64,000 nt of DNA, from contig CAWJMB010000001.1 of NCBI GenBank assembly GCA_963843845.1, forward strand, positions 130,043-194,042, in the 5' to 3' direction. Source of the DNA: an uncultured Gemmatimonadaceae bacterium (GTDB lineage: Bacteria; Gemmatimonadota; Gemmatimonadetes; Gemmatimonadales; Gemmatimonadaceae). The notes beneath the pieces were generated by a model. That model made no database searches, had not been told where the DNA came from, and worked only from the letters and a program-made list of their open reading frames with translations. The position numbers and the translations under genes are program-made. Positions within the stretch are counted from its first letter, which is position 1. Every line of letters begins with the position of its first letter. Shown one piece after another: positions 1 through 12,405 of this stretch.

Positions 1-326
1 CTCCCCCAGCTGCCGCGATAGTCGAAGTACAGCACGTGCGTGCCCGCGCGCCGGAGCGCCTGCGCGACGTCGAGGTTGCGCTCGTTGCCGGGAAAGCCAT
101 GTAACAAGATCACGACCGCGTGCGGCCGCGCGCCCTGGGCGAGCAGCACGAATCCGTTCATGCGCGAGCCACCGCTCGTCAGCGCGACCTCCTCGATCGC
201 CGCCGGGAACGCGGAGTCGCGCGGCGTCGGGTCGGAGGTCACGGGATCCTGCGCGCCAGCGTCGGCGCCCGTGAGGCAGAGCGCCGCGGCGAGCGCGGCG
301 CGGCGGGTGTCGAGTCGTGAGTGCAT
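1..326 (-). CDS. Secreted alpha/beta hydrolase, N-terminal part (truncated by window edge)
   Basis: Manual minus-strand translation from ATG at 326: MHSRLDTRRAALAAALCLTGADAGAQDP...VVILLHGFPGNERNLDVAQALRRAGTHVLYFDYRGSWG. Signal peptide plus HG oxyanion and DYRG motifs. Not in the ORF track because it lacks a stop in the window. Confidence 0.8.
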   Translation of the reverse strand, partial: MHSRLDTRRAALAAALCLTGADAGAQDPVTSDPTPRDSAFPAAIEEVALTSGGSRMNGFVLLAQGARPHAVVILLHGFPGNERNLDVAQALRRAGTHVLYFDYRGSWG

Positions 327-446
327 GGCGGCTACGATACGGCCGCGCCCGACGTGCAGGAAGCCGCGACACCCCCCGATCCGACCGTGGACACCGCGAC
401 GCCGTCCCGCGGCGCCCGCGGCGCCCGCGGCGCCCAGGTCGAGTGC

Positions 447-2132
<1,686 letters not shown>

Positions 2133-2150
2133 GAAGTTCCGAGGTGCGCG

Positions 2151-2273
2151 TCAGACCGTGAAGTGGCGCTGCAACAGCCAGAGCAGCACGAGCGTGACGA
2201 CCTGCACACTCATGACGCGCGCGAGGTTGCGCCGGAAGCGGCGCGCGTCGTCGGTCGGCGGGAGCTCCCTCAC
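2151..2273 (-). CDS. 40-aa single-TM membrane protein directly upstream of the SSS gene
   Basis: GTG at 2273 overlaps the upstream TGA; VRELPPTDDARRFRRNLARVMSVQVVTLVLLWLLQRHFTV; ends 18 bp before the SSS start. Confidence 0.6.
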   Translation of the reverse strand: MRELPPTDDARRFRRNLARVMSVQVVTLVLLWLLQRHFTV

Positions 2274-2500
2274 GCGTCCTCGTACATCTCGTCGACGGCG
2301 AGGTGCGCGCCGGCCGGGCATGCGGGCGCGATGTCGTTCCCGCCCCGGAACTCCGCGCTCCACGAGTGCCCGGCGTCGTCGCGCCGGCAGCGCGTGACGT
2401 GGACCTCGCCGCCGGCGAGCTCGTGGCGCACCGAGCGCCGTTCCTCGAACGCGAGGAACTCGGCCTCGGGAAGTTGCCGGCGAATGCTGCGGTGTGCCAT
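2270..2500 (-). pseudogene. Internally deleted Uma2 (DUF820)-like endonuclease remnant
   Basis: 76 aa with a Uma2-like N-terminus (EFLAFEERRSVRHELAGGEVH) joined directly to a Uma2-like C-terminus (RRDDAGHSW...LAVDEMYED); PD-(D/E)xK core absent. Confidence 0.55.
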
Positions 2501-2598
2501 GCGTGCAGAATAGGGCCGAGCCGCGGCGCCCGAAAGCCGACGGCCGCACGACGCGATCGCGCGATCCTTCGCGAGCGCCGGGCATGAAGAGCGACGTG

Positions 2599-3762
2599 CT
2601 AGCGTGACGTGTCGAGCAGATCGGCGCGCGGCGCCACCCACCCCGGCACGTGCGCGGGGCACGTCGTCACGACCGCCGGCGACACGATCGTCGCGAACCC
2701 GCCGCGTCCGAAGCGCGCGTCCCAGAGCGCGACGCTTCCATCGGGCCGCCGCTCCCACATGGGGACGCGGATGAACTGCAGCGCGGCCGCGACGTCGCAC
2801 CGCGTGCGCGCGAGGGAGACCAGCTCGGCGTGCGGCGCGCTCCACGCAGCCGGCATCCCGACGCGCGGACGCCCGCACGCCGTGCGGCCGGCGCGCGGCC
2901 ACAGCGCGACGCTCGTCCGCGACACGCGATACGTCACCCCGTCGTCTTCGATGACGAGCCCCGAGATGCACGTCGGGTCGCCCGGCGCGGGAGAGAGCAC
3001 GGCGTCGACGAACCCGGCGGACGCCGCGCGTCGCACCTCGGCTCGCGCGACGCGGGCGGTCGCGAGGAACGCGGCCTCCGCTGCGAGCCACGCGCACGCG
3101 CCGTAGAGCGCGACGCGCGGTGCCGCGGCGCGCCGCGTCAGCGCGAGCCAGAGCGCCGCGCCCACGGTGACCGCGACCGCCGCCTCGCGCGGCACCATCC
3201 CGGTCGCCCATGCCGCGGCGACGATCGCGCCGAACAGCAGCAGGAGGAGCGCGCGCCAGCCGCGCCCGCGGGCGAGCCAGAGCAGCGGCGGGATCGACGC
3301 GATCCACAGCCACGGCTCGACGATGAACACCGCATCGCCGTAGCGCCAGCGACTGTCGACCGGCCAGAACGGGTGCACGCCGTAGCTGTTCGTCCAGTCG
3401 AGCGCGAGATGCGACAGCGTCCCGGCGACGCACAGTGCGAGCAGCCAGCCGCGAAGGTCGCGCGCGCGCGCGGCGCGCGAGCACGCCAGCACGAGCCCCC
3501 ACACGACGAGCGCGCCGAGCAGTGCGACGACGATGGTGTGCGTGTGCCCGCGGTGGTGCAGCAGGTAGCCGAGCGGCCCCATGCCGAGCACGGGCCCCGC
3601 GTACACGAGGTCGACGTCCGGCAACTCCGCGGCGACGATCCCCGCGCCGAACAGCGCGCGCCGCACGGCGGGCGACGCGTCGGCGCCGGAGCGCGCCGAC
3701 CGGAGCGCGCTCACCGACTCGGCGAGCAGCGCGCCGGCGAGCGCGTGGGTGACGTTGTCCAA
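2599..3762 (-). CDS. Inner-membrane metal-dependent hydrolase (YdjM-like)
   Basis: MDNVTH, PDVD, HHRGHTH and SHLALDWTNSYGVHPFWP motifs. Confidence 0.88.
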   Translation of the reverse strand: MDNVTHALAGALLAESVSALRSARSGADASPAVRRALFGAGIVAAELPDVDLVYAGPVLGMGPLGYLLHHRGHTHTIVVALLGALVVWGLVLACSRAARARDLRGWLLALCVAGTLSHLALDWTNSYGVHPFWPVDSRWRYGDAVFIVEPWLWIASIPPLLWLARGRGWRALLLLLFGAIVAAAWATGMVPREAAVAVTVGAALWLALTRRAAAPRVALYGACAWLAAEAAFLATARVARAEVRRAASAGFVDAVLSPAPGDPTCISGLVIEDDGVTYRVSRTSVALWPRAGRTACGRPRVGMPAAWSAPHAELVSLARTRCDVAAALQFIRVPMWERRPDGSVALWDARFGRGGFATIVSPAVVTTCPAHVPGWVAPRADLLDTSR

Positions 3763-3801
3763 CGACCGACGACCGTCAGGCGCTGCCGTGAGCCGGACGC
3801 G

Positions 3802-5205
3802 TCACGCCGCCCGGTCGGTGCACGCGGCGTTCGACGGCACGTTCGGATTGTTCTCCTCCGCCTGCGGCACGGGGAAGTTCACGTCCGTGCCGTAATTCCC
3901 CCCTTTGTGCCACGCGCCGGTCGGGAACACCGTGTTCGCCGCGCGCCCGTACTGCCGGATGAGTCGCCGGAAGTCCCCGGTGCGGTAGCCACGCCCGAAC
4001 AGCCAGAAGCCGCGCTCGCGGAACAGCAGATCCTCGCGCGTCGTCTTCGATCCCGGATCGGTCAGCGCGACGAGCCCCGCGATCCCGGCTTCGTTGCGCG
4101 CCTGGTTCAGCCGCGCGACGAAGCCCACGTTGTCCCCTGCCTTCAGCGCGGCCTCGGCCTCGATCATGCGCGCCTCGGTGCCGCTCGCGATCGCGACCGA
4201 CGAGTCGCGCGTCGGCCAGATGAGCTGCACGTAGAGCGGCAGCGCCGAGCCGTCGTCGCGCGTGCGGATCGTCGTGCCGTTGCGCACGCACGTCGCGTCG
4301 CCGCCCACGCAGATCGGAAGGCGCGGGTCGGCCGCCGTCGCGAAGTCGAGCCCGTTGGCGCCCTCGGCCGTGCTGACGCTGTAGCGGCGTGCGATGTTGT
4401 TGAAGCTCCAGATCGCGTTGTCGATCGTCGTCTGCGAGTGCAGGTTCAGATAGCGGAACGTCGTCGGCACGCCGGCGACCGCGGCCGCCGCGTCGGCCTG
4501 ACGGTTGAGGTTCGTCAGGGCGCGCCCGCGAATCACGCGGAGCGCGTTGCGAACGCGGGCGTCGTTCGCCGCCGCTCCCGTGACGCTCGCGAGTCCCGAG
4601 TCCGCGTGCGCGAGCGCCTGCTCGAACGCCGCCGCGGTCGTGATCCGGACGCCGTACTGCTCGGGATCGCTCAGGTTGCCGAGGACGAGCCCGTTGCAGT
4701 AATGCTCGCCGATGATGGTCTCGACGTAGGCCTGGATGAAGTACATCTCGGCGACGTCGGTCGCCGACGCGGTCGGCACGTACTGCCGCAGGAGCCGCAC
4801 CGCCTGGGCCGCGGCGAGCCGCGCGCGCTGCAGGTTCCGGTTGACGTCGGTCAGGAAGGTGTTCTGCGGCGTGATGACGCGCTGATCGACCTCCTGGCGC
4901 GCGATGAACGAGTCGCCGTTCTGCCACTCGTCGGTGAACAGGCCGCTCAGTAGGAACAGTCCCTCCGAGTTCGCGCCGCCATTGGTCAGTCCGCCGCCCG
5001 TGGTGGCCGCGGTCAGTCGCGCGATGGCGCCGATGCGCACCGCGTTCGCGCCGGCTGCCGACTGCACGTCGGACGGATTGATGATGTCGGGGTCGGTGAC
5101 TTCGAGCAGCGCGCCCGCGTCGCAGGCGCCCAGCGCGCTCAGCGTGGCGACGCCGAGCGCCGCCGCGAGCGCCGTCGAGACCCGTCGAATCGTGGAAGAG
5201 TGCAT
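3802..5205 (-). CDS. RagB/SusD family outer-membrane lipoprotein
   Basis: Lipobox LGAC; C-terminal ERGFWLFGRGYRTGDFRR and FPVPQAEENNPN; directly downstream of SusC. Confidence 0.88.
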   Translation of the reverse strand: MHSSTIRRVSTALAAALGVATLSALGACDAGALLEVTDPDIINPSDVQSAAGANAVRIGAIARLTAATTGGGLTNGGANSEGLFLLSGLFTDEWQNGDSFIARQEVDQRVITPQNTFLTDVNRNLQRARLAAAQAVRLLRQYVPTASATDVAEMYFIQAYVETIIGEHYCNGLVLGNLSDPEQYGVRITTAAAFEQALAHADSGLASVTGAAANDARVRNALRVIRGRALTNLNRQADAAAAVAGVPTTFRYLNLHSQTTIDNAIWSFNNIARRYSVSTAEGANGLDFATAADPRLPICVGGDATCVRNGTTIRTRDDGSALPLYVQLIWPTRDSSVAIASGTEARMIEAEAALKAGDNVGFVARLNQARNEAGIAGLVALTDPGSKTTREDLLFRERGFWLFGRGYRTGDFRRLIRQYGRAANTVFPTGAWHKGGNYGTDVNFPVPQAEENNPNVPSNAACTDRAA

Positions 5206-5215
5206 GGCGGGCGTC

Positions 5216-8200
5216 TCAGAAGCCGAAGGAGAGGCGGAACGCGAAGTACGTCGTCGGCGCGAACGCCTGGAACTCCGACGGCGCGTCGCCGGTCGTGCCG
5301 AACGCCTCGGGGTCGACGCCCGTGTACTTGGTCCACAGGATCCCGAGGTTGCGCACGGCGGCCGTCGCGTTCAGCGTGCGCCCGCGCAGATACCGCGTGA
5401 CGAACGATTGCGGCGTCGTGAACGCCAGGCTCAGCTCGCGGAAGCGGAGGAAATCTCCGTCTTCGATGAACCCGCCCACGGTGCGGCTCGGGTGCTCGCG
5501 CACCGCGACCGAACGCGCCTGCTCGAACAGCGTCGCGTTCGGGCTGATCAGCCCCTCGCAGTTGTTGCGGCTCGCGCAGCGAATGCGCTCCGTGTTGTTG
5601 TAGATCTTGAAGCCCCCCTTGTAGTCGACCATCGCGCCGAGGCGCAGGCGGCTCTGCCAGAACGTGAAGCCGTTCGTGAGCGCGACGTCGACCTTCGGCA
5701 GCGCGTTGCCGACGAACACCGCGGTGTCGGTGACCGTGATCTCGCTGAGGCTCGCGGCCGCGTTGTACGTGATGATGCCGTCGTCGTCCTTGTCGGCGTA
5801 CCCCGTGAGCGCGCGCAGCCACCAGCCGTAGAGCGGGTACCCTTCGCGCTGCTGCTGCGTGCTGCTCGTGACGATGTTCGGCACGCCGAGACGGACGATC
5901 TCGTTGACGTTGGTGCTGCCGTTCAGCGTGACGTCCCAGCCGAACTGCCGCGCCTGCACGAGCTGCGCGTTGACGAGCGCCTCGAAGCCGGTGTTCCGGA
6001 TCTGCCCGAGGTTCTCGAAGCGCGACGTCGCCCCCGTTCCGCTCGACGGCGGCAGCACGCGGCTGATCAGCGCGTCACGCGACTTCTTGTCGTAGCGCGT
6101 CAATTCGGCGTTCAGGCGGCCGTTGAAGAACGTGCCGTCGATCCCCATCTCGAGCTCCGTCGAGCGCTCGGGCTTGAGGTTGCTGTTGCCCAACGTGCTG
6201 AAGACGAGCGCCGCCGCGTCGCCGCTCTCGAGCCGCGCCGTCGTCGTCGAGTAGTAGCGCACCGCGTCGATCGTCCCCGGCTGCACCCCCGACGCGCCGT
6301 ACGCCGAGCGCAGCCGCAGCTGCGACAGCCACGCCGGCTTCGGGAAGGAGCGCTCGTCCGAGATGACGTAGGACGCCGAGAGCTTCGGGTAGAGCGCCGT
6401 CTTGAAGTTCGCGCCGAACGCGCTGTTGCGGTCCGAGCGGACGGCGCCCGTGAGGTACAGCCGCTCGTCGAACGCGACGTTCTGCTCCACGAAGCCGCCC
6501 AACGTCCGCGTCTCGCTCGACGACTCGTCGGCCGTCTTCACGGCGGCGCCGGTGAGCGTCACGGCGCCCGGCGAGAGGCGCGTGCCCTGCGCGCCGTTGC
6601 GGTCGAAGATGCCGCGCACGTACTGCACGCCCACGCTCGTCTTCGACACGATCGACCGCGTCAGCCCGCGCGTCGCCGTCGCGCTCGCGTCCCCCGTGTA
6701 CGTGAAGAAGTTCGTGCGGTTGTCGATCTTGAACCCCTGTCGCGAGTCGCCGGCCAGGTCCGGACAGTTCGCGAAGCGACAGAGCTGCGTGTCGACGCGA
6801 TTGATGTAGTCGAGCCCGAAGTTCGCGCGGCCGGCGAGCCACGCGTACGGGCGGACGTTCGCGTTCGCCGACGTGATGAGGCGGCGGATGTTCTGCCGGG
6901 TGTAGGTCTGGTAGATGTCGCGCGGCGTGAACTGCCGCCACCCGTAGAGCGTGTCGCCCGTCGCCGACGTGTTGTACTTGTAGCCGAGCCCCCCGTACGT
7001 GTTGCCGGCGACGCCGTTCGTCCCCGAGTCGTCGCTCATCGGGAGGCGCAGGTCCTGATCGGTGTAGCCGGCGCTGATCGCGGCGTCGAAGCGCGGCGTC
7101 AGCGCGAGGTTGAAATTCGAGCGAGCCGTGACGCGGCCCTGGTGGCTCGGCCGGCGCTCCACGTCGCGCAGCACGAGCCCGCGCGACGCGAGGTACCGCT
7201 CGTCGAACTCGGGCACCTTGAGCACGCCGGTCTCGTCCTCCCACTCGCCGTGGAGGAAGTAGCGGAGCGTCTCCGAGCCGCCGCTGAGCTGCCCGCCGTG
7301 CTGCTGCCGGTAGCCGAGACCGTTCGGCGTCGCGATGGGATCGTCGTACAGGTTGTAGCTCGTCACGCTGTCCTGCGCGCACACGTTCGCCGCGCGCTGC
7401 GTGAGCAGACACTGCACCGTGTTCGCGGGCGTCGACGTGGTGGCGGCCGTGCCGCTCCGCCACCCGCGATACGCGGTCGGGTACCGATTGAGGTCGGCGC
7501 GCGCGCCCTGCTCGGTCGTGTACGTCCACTGCGGCCGGCCGGCGACGCCGCGCTTCGTCGTGATGACGATGACGCCATTCGCGGCGTCGGTGCCGTAGAG
7601 CGTCGCCGCCGACGGCCCCTTCACGACGTCGATCGACTGGATCTCCTCGGGGTTGATGTCGTTCACGCGGGCCGGCGTCGTGCCCCCGACGCTGAGCGTC
7701 GACGAGCCCGTCCCCCCTTCGACGCGCACGCCGTCGATGATGTAGATCGGGTTGTTCGTCAGCGACAGCGAGCTCGTGCCGCGAATGCGCACGCGCGTGC
7801 CGGCGCCGATCTGCGTACCGGGGATCACGAGCACGCCCGGCGCGCGCGACGTCAGCAGATCCGCGACGTTCGCGACGGGGCTCTGCTGCAGCGTCTTCGC
7901 CGCGTCGACTTTCGCGATCGCGTTGCCGACCTCGACGCTGCGCTGCTCGCCGGTCGCCGTCGCGACGACGGCGGTGAGCGTGGTCGCGACCTGGTGCAGC
8001 GAGAAGTTCGCGGTCGTCAACTGCCCCGCGCTCACGGTCACCGTCTGCTTCGCTTCCGCGTAGCCGACGCGGAGCACGCGCACGGTGAGCTGCCCCGGCG
8101 TGAGCCCACGCACCGTGTAGACGCCGTCGCTGTTCGTCAGCCCGCCGGCGTTCGTGCCGATGACACTGACCTGCACCGACGGCACCGGCGCGCGCGACGC

Positions 8201-8335
8201 CGCGTCGACGACCCGTCCCGTGACCCCGGTCGGCGTCTGGGCGTACGCGCGCGGCGCGAGCGCACCGAGCGCACCGAGCGCACCGAGCGCACCGCACGCG
8301 CCGAGGGCGGAGAGCGAACGGAGATGCCTGTGCAT
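5216..8335 (-). CDS. SusC/RagA family TonB-dependent outer-membrane transporter
   Basis: Probable start MHRHLRS at 8335; N-terminal carboxypeptidase-regulatory-like domain; plug motif DINPEEIQSIDVVKGPSAATLYGTDAANGVIVITTK; C-terminal Phe. Confidence 0.95.
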   Translation of the reverse strand: MHRHLRSLSALGACGALGALGALGALAPRAYAQTPTGVTGRVVDAASRAPVPSVQVSVIGTNAGGLTNSDGVYTVRGLTPGQLTVRVLRVGYAEAKQTVTVSAGQLTTANFSLHQVATTLTAVVATATGEQRSVEVGNAIAKVDAAKTLQQSPVANVADLLTSRAPGVLVIPGTQIGAGTRVRIRGTSSLSLTNNPIYIIDGVRVEGGTGSSTLSVGGTTPARVNDINPEEIQSIDVVKGPSAATLYGTDAANGVIVITTKRGVAGRPQWTYTTEQGARADLNRYPTAYRGWRSGTAATTSTPANTVQCLLTQRAANVCAQDSVTSYNLYDDPIATPNGLGYRQQHGGQLSGGSETLRYFLHGEWEDETGVLKVPEFDERYLASRGLVLRDVERRPSHQGRVTARSNFNLALTPRFDAAISAGYTDQDLRLPMSDDSGTNGVAGNTYGGLGYKYNTSATGDTLYGWRQFTPRDIYQTYTRQNIRRLITSANANVRPYAWLAGRANFGLDYINRVDTQLCRFANCPDLAGDSRQGFKIDNRTNFFTYTGDASATATRGLTRSIVSKTSVGVQYVRGIFDRNGAQGTRLSPGAVTLTGAAVKTADESSSETRTLGGFVEQNVAFDERLYLTGAVRSDRNSAFGANFKTALYPKLSASYVISDERSFPKPAWLSQLRLRSAYGASGVQPGTIDAVRYYSTTTARLESGDAAALVFSTLGNSNLKPERSTELEMGIDGTFFNGRLNAELTRYDKKSRDALISRVLPPSSGTGATSRFENLGQIRNTGFEALVNAQLVQARQFGWDVTLNGSTNVNEIVRLGVPNIVTSSTQQQREGYPLYGWWLRALTGYADKDDDGIITYNAAASLSEITVTDTAVFVGNALPKVDVALTNGFTFWQSRLRLGAMVDYKGGFKIYNNTERIRCASRNNCEGLISPNATLFEQARSVAVREHPSRTVGGFIEDGDFLRFRELSLAFTTPQSFVTRYLRGRTLNATAAVRNLGILWTKYTGVDPEAFGTTGDAPSEFQAFAPTTYFAFRLSFGF

Positions 8336-8564
8336 ACGGACGGGTCTCGGGAGATAGGTCGGACGCACGCACGGCGAGCGTCGTGCGCGGGCCGGCGATC
8401 GGCGCGGTCGGCGCGATCGGCCGAACGTAGCGACCGATGCCGACTGCGCAACCCGCGGCACCGCGGCCGCGTGCACGGATCCCGGCGCCTCGGCCCCCGC
8501 TTCCGTTACGCGTCCACGCGCCCCATTCTCCGCCGACGTCCTTCTCCCTCCACCGACTCGTCGC

Positions 8565-10175
8565 ATGCTCACCCGCCTGAGCCGCCTGCTCGTCCCGGCG
8601 CTCGCGTTAGGCACCTCGTCGGCCGTGGGGCAGCCGCCGCAGCCGCCGCAGCCGCCTCCGTACGACGTCGTCGTCCGCGGCGGACGGCTGCTCGACGGCG
8701 CGGGCAACCCCTGGGTACGCGCCGACGTCGGCGTGCGCGGCGACCGCGTCGTCACGATCGGCGACCTGAGCGCCGCGCGCGCGGCACGCGTGATCGACGC
8801 GACGGGGCTCTACGTGTCGCCGGGCTTCATCGACGTACACTCCCACGCGGGGCCGTCGCTCGCCACGACGCCGCTCAGCGGCGCGGTGCCGATCCTGACC
8901 CAGGGCGTGACGACCGTCATGGTGAACCCCGACGGCGGCGGCGCGGTCGACCTCGTGAAACAGCGCGCGGCGCTCGAGGCGGCGCGGCCGGCGATCAACG
9001 TCGGGCTCATGGTCCCGCACGGGTCGGTGCGCGGCCAGGTGCTGGGCAACCGCGACGTGACGGCGGACGACGCGGCGCTGAACACGATGCGCGCGCTCGT
9101 CGACGCCGGGATGCGCGCCGGCGCGTTCGGGCTGTCGAGCGGGCCGTTCTACGCGCCCGGGAGCTTCTCGTCGACGGGCGAGCTCGTCGAACTCGCGAAG
9201 GTCGCGGCGAAGTACGGCGGCGTCTACACGAGCCACATCCGCGACGAGTCCGACTACACCGTCGGGCTCTCCGCCGCCGTGAACGAGGTCATCACCGTCG
9301 CCCACGAGGCGCGGCTCCCCGGCATCGTCACGCACATCAAGGCGCTCGGCCCGCACGTCTGGGGGATGGCGAAGACGCTCGTCGCGCGCATCGACAGCGT
9401 GCGCGCGGCGGGCGACCAGCTGTTCGTCGATCAGTACCCGTACGAGGCGTCGGGGACTGGGCTCATCCCGTCGCTCTTCCCGCGCTGGGTCGAGGTCGGC
9501 GGGCGCGACGCGATGCGCGCGCGCCTCGCCGACCCGGCCCTCCGCGACCAGCTCCGCAAGGAGATCGGCGAGAACCTCGAGCGGCGCGGCGGCGCGGCGC
9601 GGCTCCAGTTCCAGAGCTACGCGCCCGACCACACGATCGAGGGATCGACGCTGCAGACGGTCGCCGACGAGATGCACCTCAAGCCGGTCGACGCCGCGAT
9701 CGCGCTCGCGATGAAGGGTGACGCCGGCATCACGTCGTTCAACATGGACTCGACCGACATCGCGACGTTCATGCGGCAGCCGTGGACGATGACGGCGTCG
9801 GACGGCGCGCTCGTCGCGATGGGCGACGGTGTGCCCCACCCGCGCGCCTACGGCACGTTCCCGCGCAAGCTCCGGAAGTACGTGCTCGACGAGCACACGG
9901 TAGGGCTCGAGGACGCGATCCGCAGCATGACGAGTCTTCCCGCCGCCGTGTTCAACGTCGCCGACCGGGGCACGCTGCGTCCCGGCGCCTACGCCGACGT
10001 CGCCGTGTTCGATCTGTCGAAGATCCGCGACCGGGCCACGTACTCCACGCCGCACCAGCTCTCCGAAGGGGTCGTCGCCGTGCTCGTCAACGGCGTCGTC
10101 GCACTCGACAACGGCCGGGCGACCGACGCGCGCGGCGGACGCGTGCTGTCGCGCCGCCAGCCGACGATGCAGTAA
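8565..10175 (+). CDS. N-acyl-D-amino-acid deacylase (amidohydrolase), signal peptide
   Basis: PGFIDVHSH, SHIRDE, ASDG, HPRAYGTFPR and GAYADVAVFD motifs. Confidence 0.92.
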   Translation: MLTRLSRLLVPALALGTSSAVGQPPQPPQPPPYDVVVRGGRLLDGAGNPWVRADVGVRGDRVVTIGDLSAARAARVIDATGLYVSPGFIDVHSHAGPSLATTPLSGAVPILTQGVTTVMVNPDGGGAVDLVKQRAALEAARPAINVGLMVPHGSVRGQVLGNRDVTADDAALNTMRALVDAGMRAGAFGLSSGPFYAPGSFSSTGELVELAKVAAKYGGVYTSHIRDESDYTVGLSAAVNEVITVAHEARLPGIVTHIKALGPHVWGMAKTLVARIDSVRAAGDQLFVDQYPYEASGTGLIPSLFPRWVEVGGRDAMRARLADPALRDQLRKEIGENLERRGGAARLQFQSYAPDHTIEGSTLQTVADEMHLKPVDAAIALAMKGDAGITSFNMDSTDIATFMRQPWTMTASDGALVAMGDGVPHPRAYGTFPRKLRKYVLDEHTVGLEDAIRSMTSLPAAVFNVADRGTLRPGAYADVAVFDLSKIRDRATYSTPHQLSEGVVAVLVNGVVALDNGRATDARGGRVLSRRQPTMQ

Positions 10176-10185
10176 CGAGAGGGGC

Positions 10186-12401
10186 ATGCGCTCATCACTC
10201 GCGTCGACGCGCCGTTCGCTCGCGACGCTCGCGACGCTCGCCGTGGTGCCGGTCGCCGCCACCTCGTCGTCGCGCACGCCGCCGCGTGGCGCTCCCGGCC
10301 CGCCGCCCGCGCTCGCGTCGCAGGTCGAGGTGCTCCGGACGGCGCACGGCGTTCCGCACATCCGCGCGCAGAATCTCGAAGCGGCCGGCTACGCGCTCGG
10401 CTACGTCATGAGCGAGGACTACGGGTCGCGCGTGGCGCTGAACCTCCTGCGCGGGCGCGGCGAGAGCGCGCGCTGGTTCGGCCGCGACAGCCTCGACGGC
10501 GATTTCGACAACCGCCTGTCGTACGCGCGCGCCGTCGCCGGCTGGCCGACGCTCGACGACGACACGCGCGCGGTCTACGCCGGCTTCGCCGCCGGCGTGA
10601 CGCGGTGGGCCGAGCTGCACCCGGAGAGTCTCCCCGACGGGTTCGACGTTCGCTTCACCGGGTACGATGCCCTGGCCGCCGAGGTCGACGTCGCCGGGCC
10701 GGCGCAGGCGACACGATTCCTCGCGCGTCTCGATCCCGATGCTCGCCGTCGTGCGGCGGCCGGCGCGCCGCGGGAAGGGGAGGCGTCTCGGGTGGACGAC
10801 GCCCCGCCGATCCGCGAGAGCTCGGACGCGATCGAAGGCTCGAACGCGTGGGCCATCGCCCCGAGTCGCACGAAGTCCCGGCGGGCGATCCTCCTGCGCA
10901 ATCCGCACCTGCAGTGGAGCGCGGGCTACTACGAGGCACACATGACGGTGCCGGGCGTCGTCGATTTCTACGGCGATTTCCGCGTCGGCACCGCGTTCGC
11001 CGTCGTCGGCGGGTTCAACCGCGACCTCGGCTTCGCGACGACGAACAACGATCCGCTGCTCGCGCAGATCTACGCGCTCGACGCGGATTCGTCGCGCGAC
11101 GATCACTATCTGCTCGATGGTGCGTCGCTCCCGCTGGAGCGCGTGACCGTGAAGGCCGAGTACCGGAATGGCGCCGGCTACGCCGCCGAGACGCAAGAGC
11201 GGCTGCGCACGTCGCTGGGCCCGGTCGTCGCGCGGGCGAACGGCAAGATCTACGTCCTCCGCACCGCGGGCGACGGCGAGGTGCGCGGGGGCAGCAGTTC
11301 CTGCGCATGATGCGCGCGACCTCGCTCGCCGAGTGGAAGGACGCGATGCGGATGCGCGCGCGAGTGACCTCGAACTTCACGTACGCCGACCGCGCGGGCA
11401 ACATCTACTACGTGTGGAACGGATCGGTGCCCGTGCTGCCGACGCCGAGCGGCGGCGACAGCGTCGCCGTGCCGGTGACGCGCACGTCGGAGGTGTGGAC
11501 GCGCTACGTGCCGTTCGACTCGCTGCCGCAGGTGCTCAACCCGAAGGCCGGGTACGTCCACAACGAGAACGACCCGCCGTACTACACGGTCCCGACCGAT
11601 CCGCTCGACCGCTCGCGCTACCCCGCCTACCTCTCCGAGCCGCGCTTCGGGCTTCGCTCGCAGCATGCGGTCGCGCTGCTCGATCGGATGCGCAACGTCA
11701 CGCTCGAGGACGTCGTGACGCGGAAGCACTCGTATCGCATGCTGCTCGCCGAGCGCGTGCGCGGCGACCTGATCACCGCGGTGCGCGCGTCGCATCCGGC
11801 GCCGGACGTGTCGGGCGCGATCGACGTCGTCGCGAGGTGGGATGGCACCGTCGCACCCGAGAGTCGGGGCGGCGTGCTGTTCGAGACGTGGTGGCGCCGC
11901 TATGTGGCCGGCGCGCGCGCCGACACGATGTACGCGGAGGGGTGGAACGCTGCGACCCCGACGACCACGCCGCGCGGACTCCGCCACGCGCCGCGCGCCG
12001 TCGACGCGTTCGCGTGGGCGGTGAGCGAGGTCACGCGCCGCTGGGGCGCCCCCGACGTCGCGTGGGGCGACGTGCACCGCGTGCGCCGCGGATCGGTCGA
12101 CGTGCCGGTCGGCGGCTGCACCGGAGACATCGGCTGCTTCCGCGTGTTGCAGTACCGCGACGACCCGGACGGCCGGCGGCGCGTCGTCGGCGGTGACGGG
12201 TGGGTGCTCGCCGTCGAGTTCGGCGACCAGCCCCGCGCGTACTCGGTGCTCGCGTACGGTGAGAGCGCGCTCGACGCGTCGCCGTTCCACGCCGACCAGG
12301 CGGCGATGTTCGCACGCGGCGAGTTGAAGCCGGTCGCCTGGCTCGCGAAGGATGTGGACGCGACGACGCTGAGGCGCTACCGCCCCGGCGCGGAGCGTTA
12401 G
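10186..12401 (+). CDS. Penicillin acylase / AHL-acylase family Ntn-hydrolase (one frameshift near 11290)
   Basis: ORF 10186-11310 carries GVPHI and the beta-chain start GSNAWAIAP...NPHL; the 10605-12401 frame continues with NFTYADRAGNIYY and HADQAAMF. Confidence 0.88.
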
Positions 12402-12405
12402 GCGC

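Noticed and set aside
8259..8295. 9-bp repeats in the SusC signal peptide (ALG)n, and QPP repeats near 8631
   Set aside because: In-frame low-complexity expansions in signal or linker regions; no phase-variation potential.
4904..9721. 1605-aa plus-strand ORF and similar long Arg/Ala-rich ORFs (321-2513, 2650-4953, 50235-52898, 50098-52647)
   Set aside because: Antisense or off-frame shadows of real genes in high-GC DNA; no recognisable domains.
11280..11300. Programmed frameshift in the acylase gene (also considered for topA near 48350)
   Set aside because: The acylase shift coincides with a G run and no slippery heptamer was seen at either site; matches the window-wide indel error pattern.
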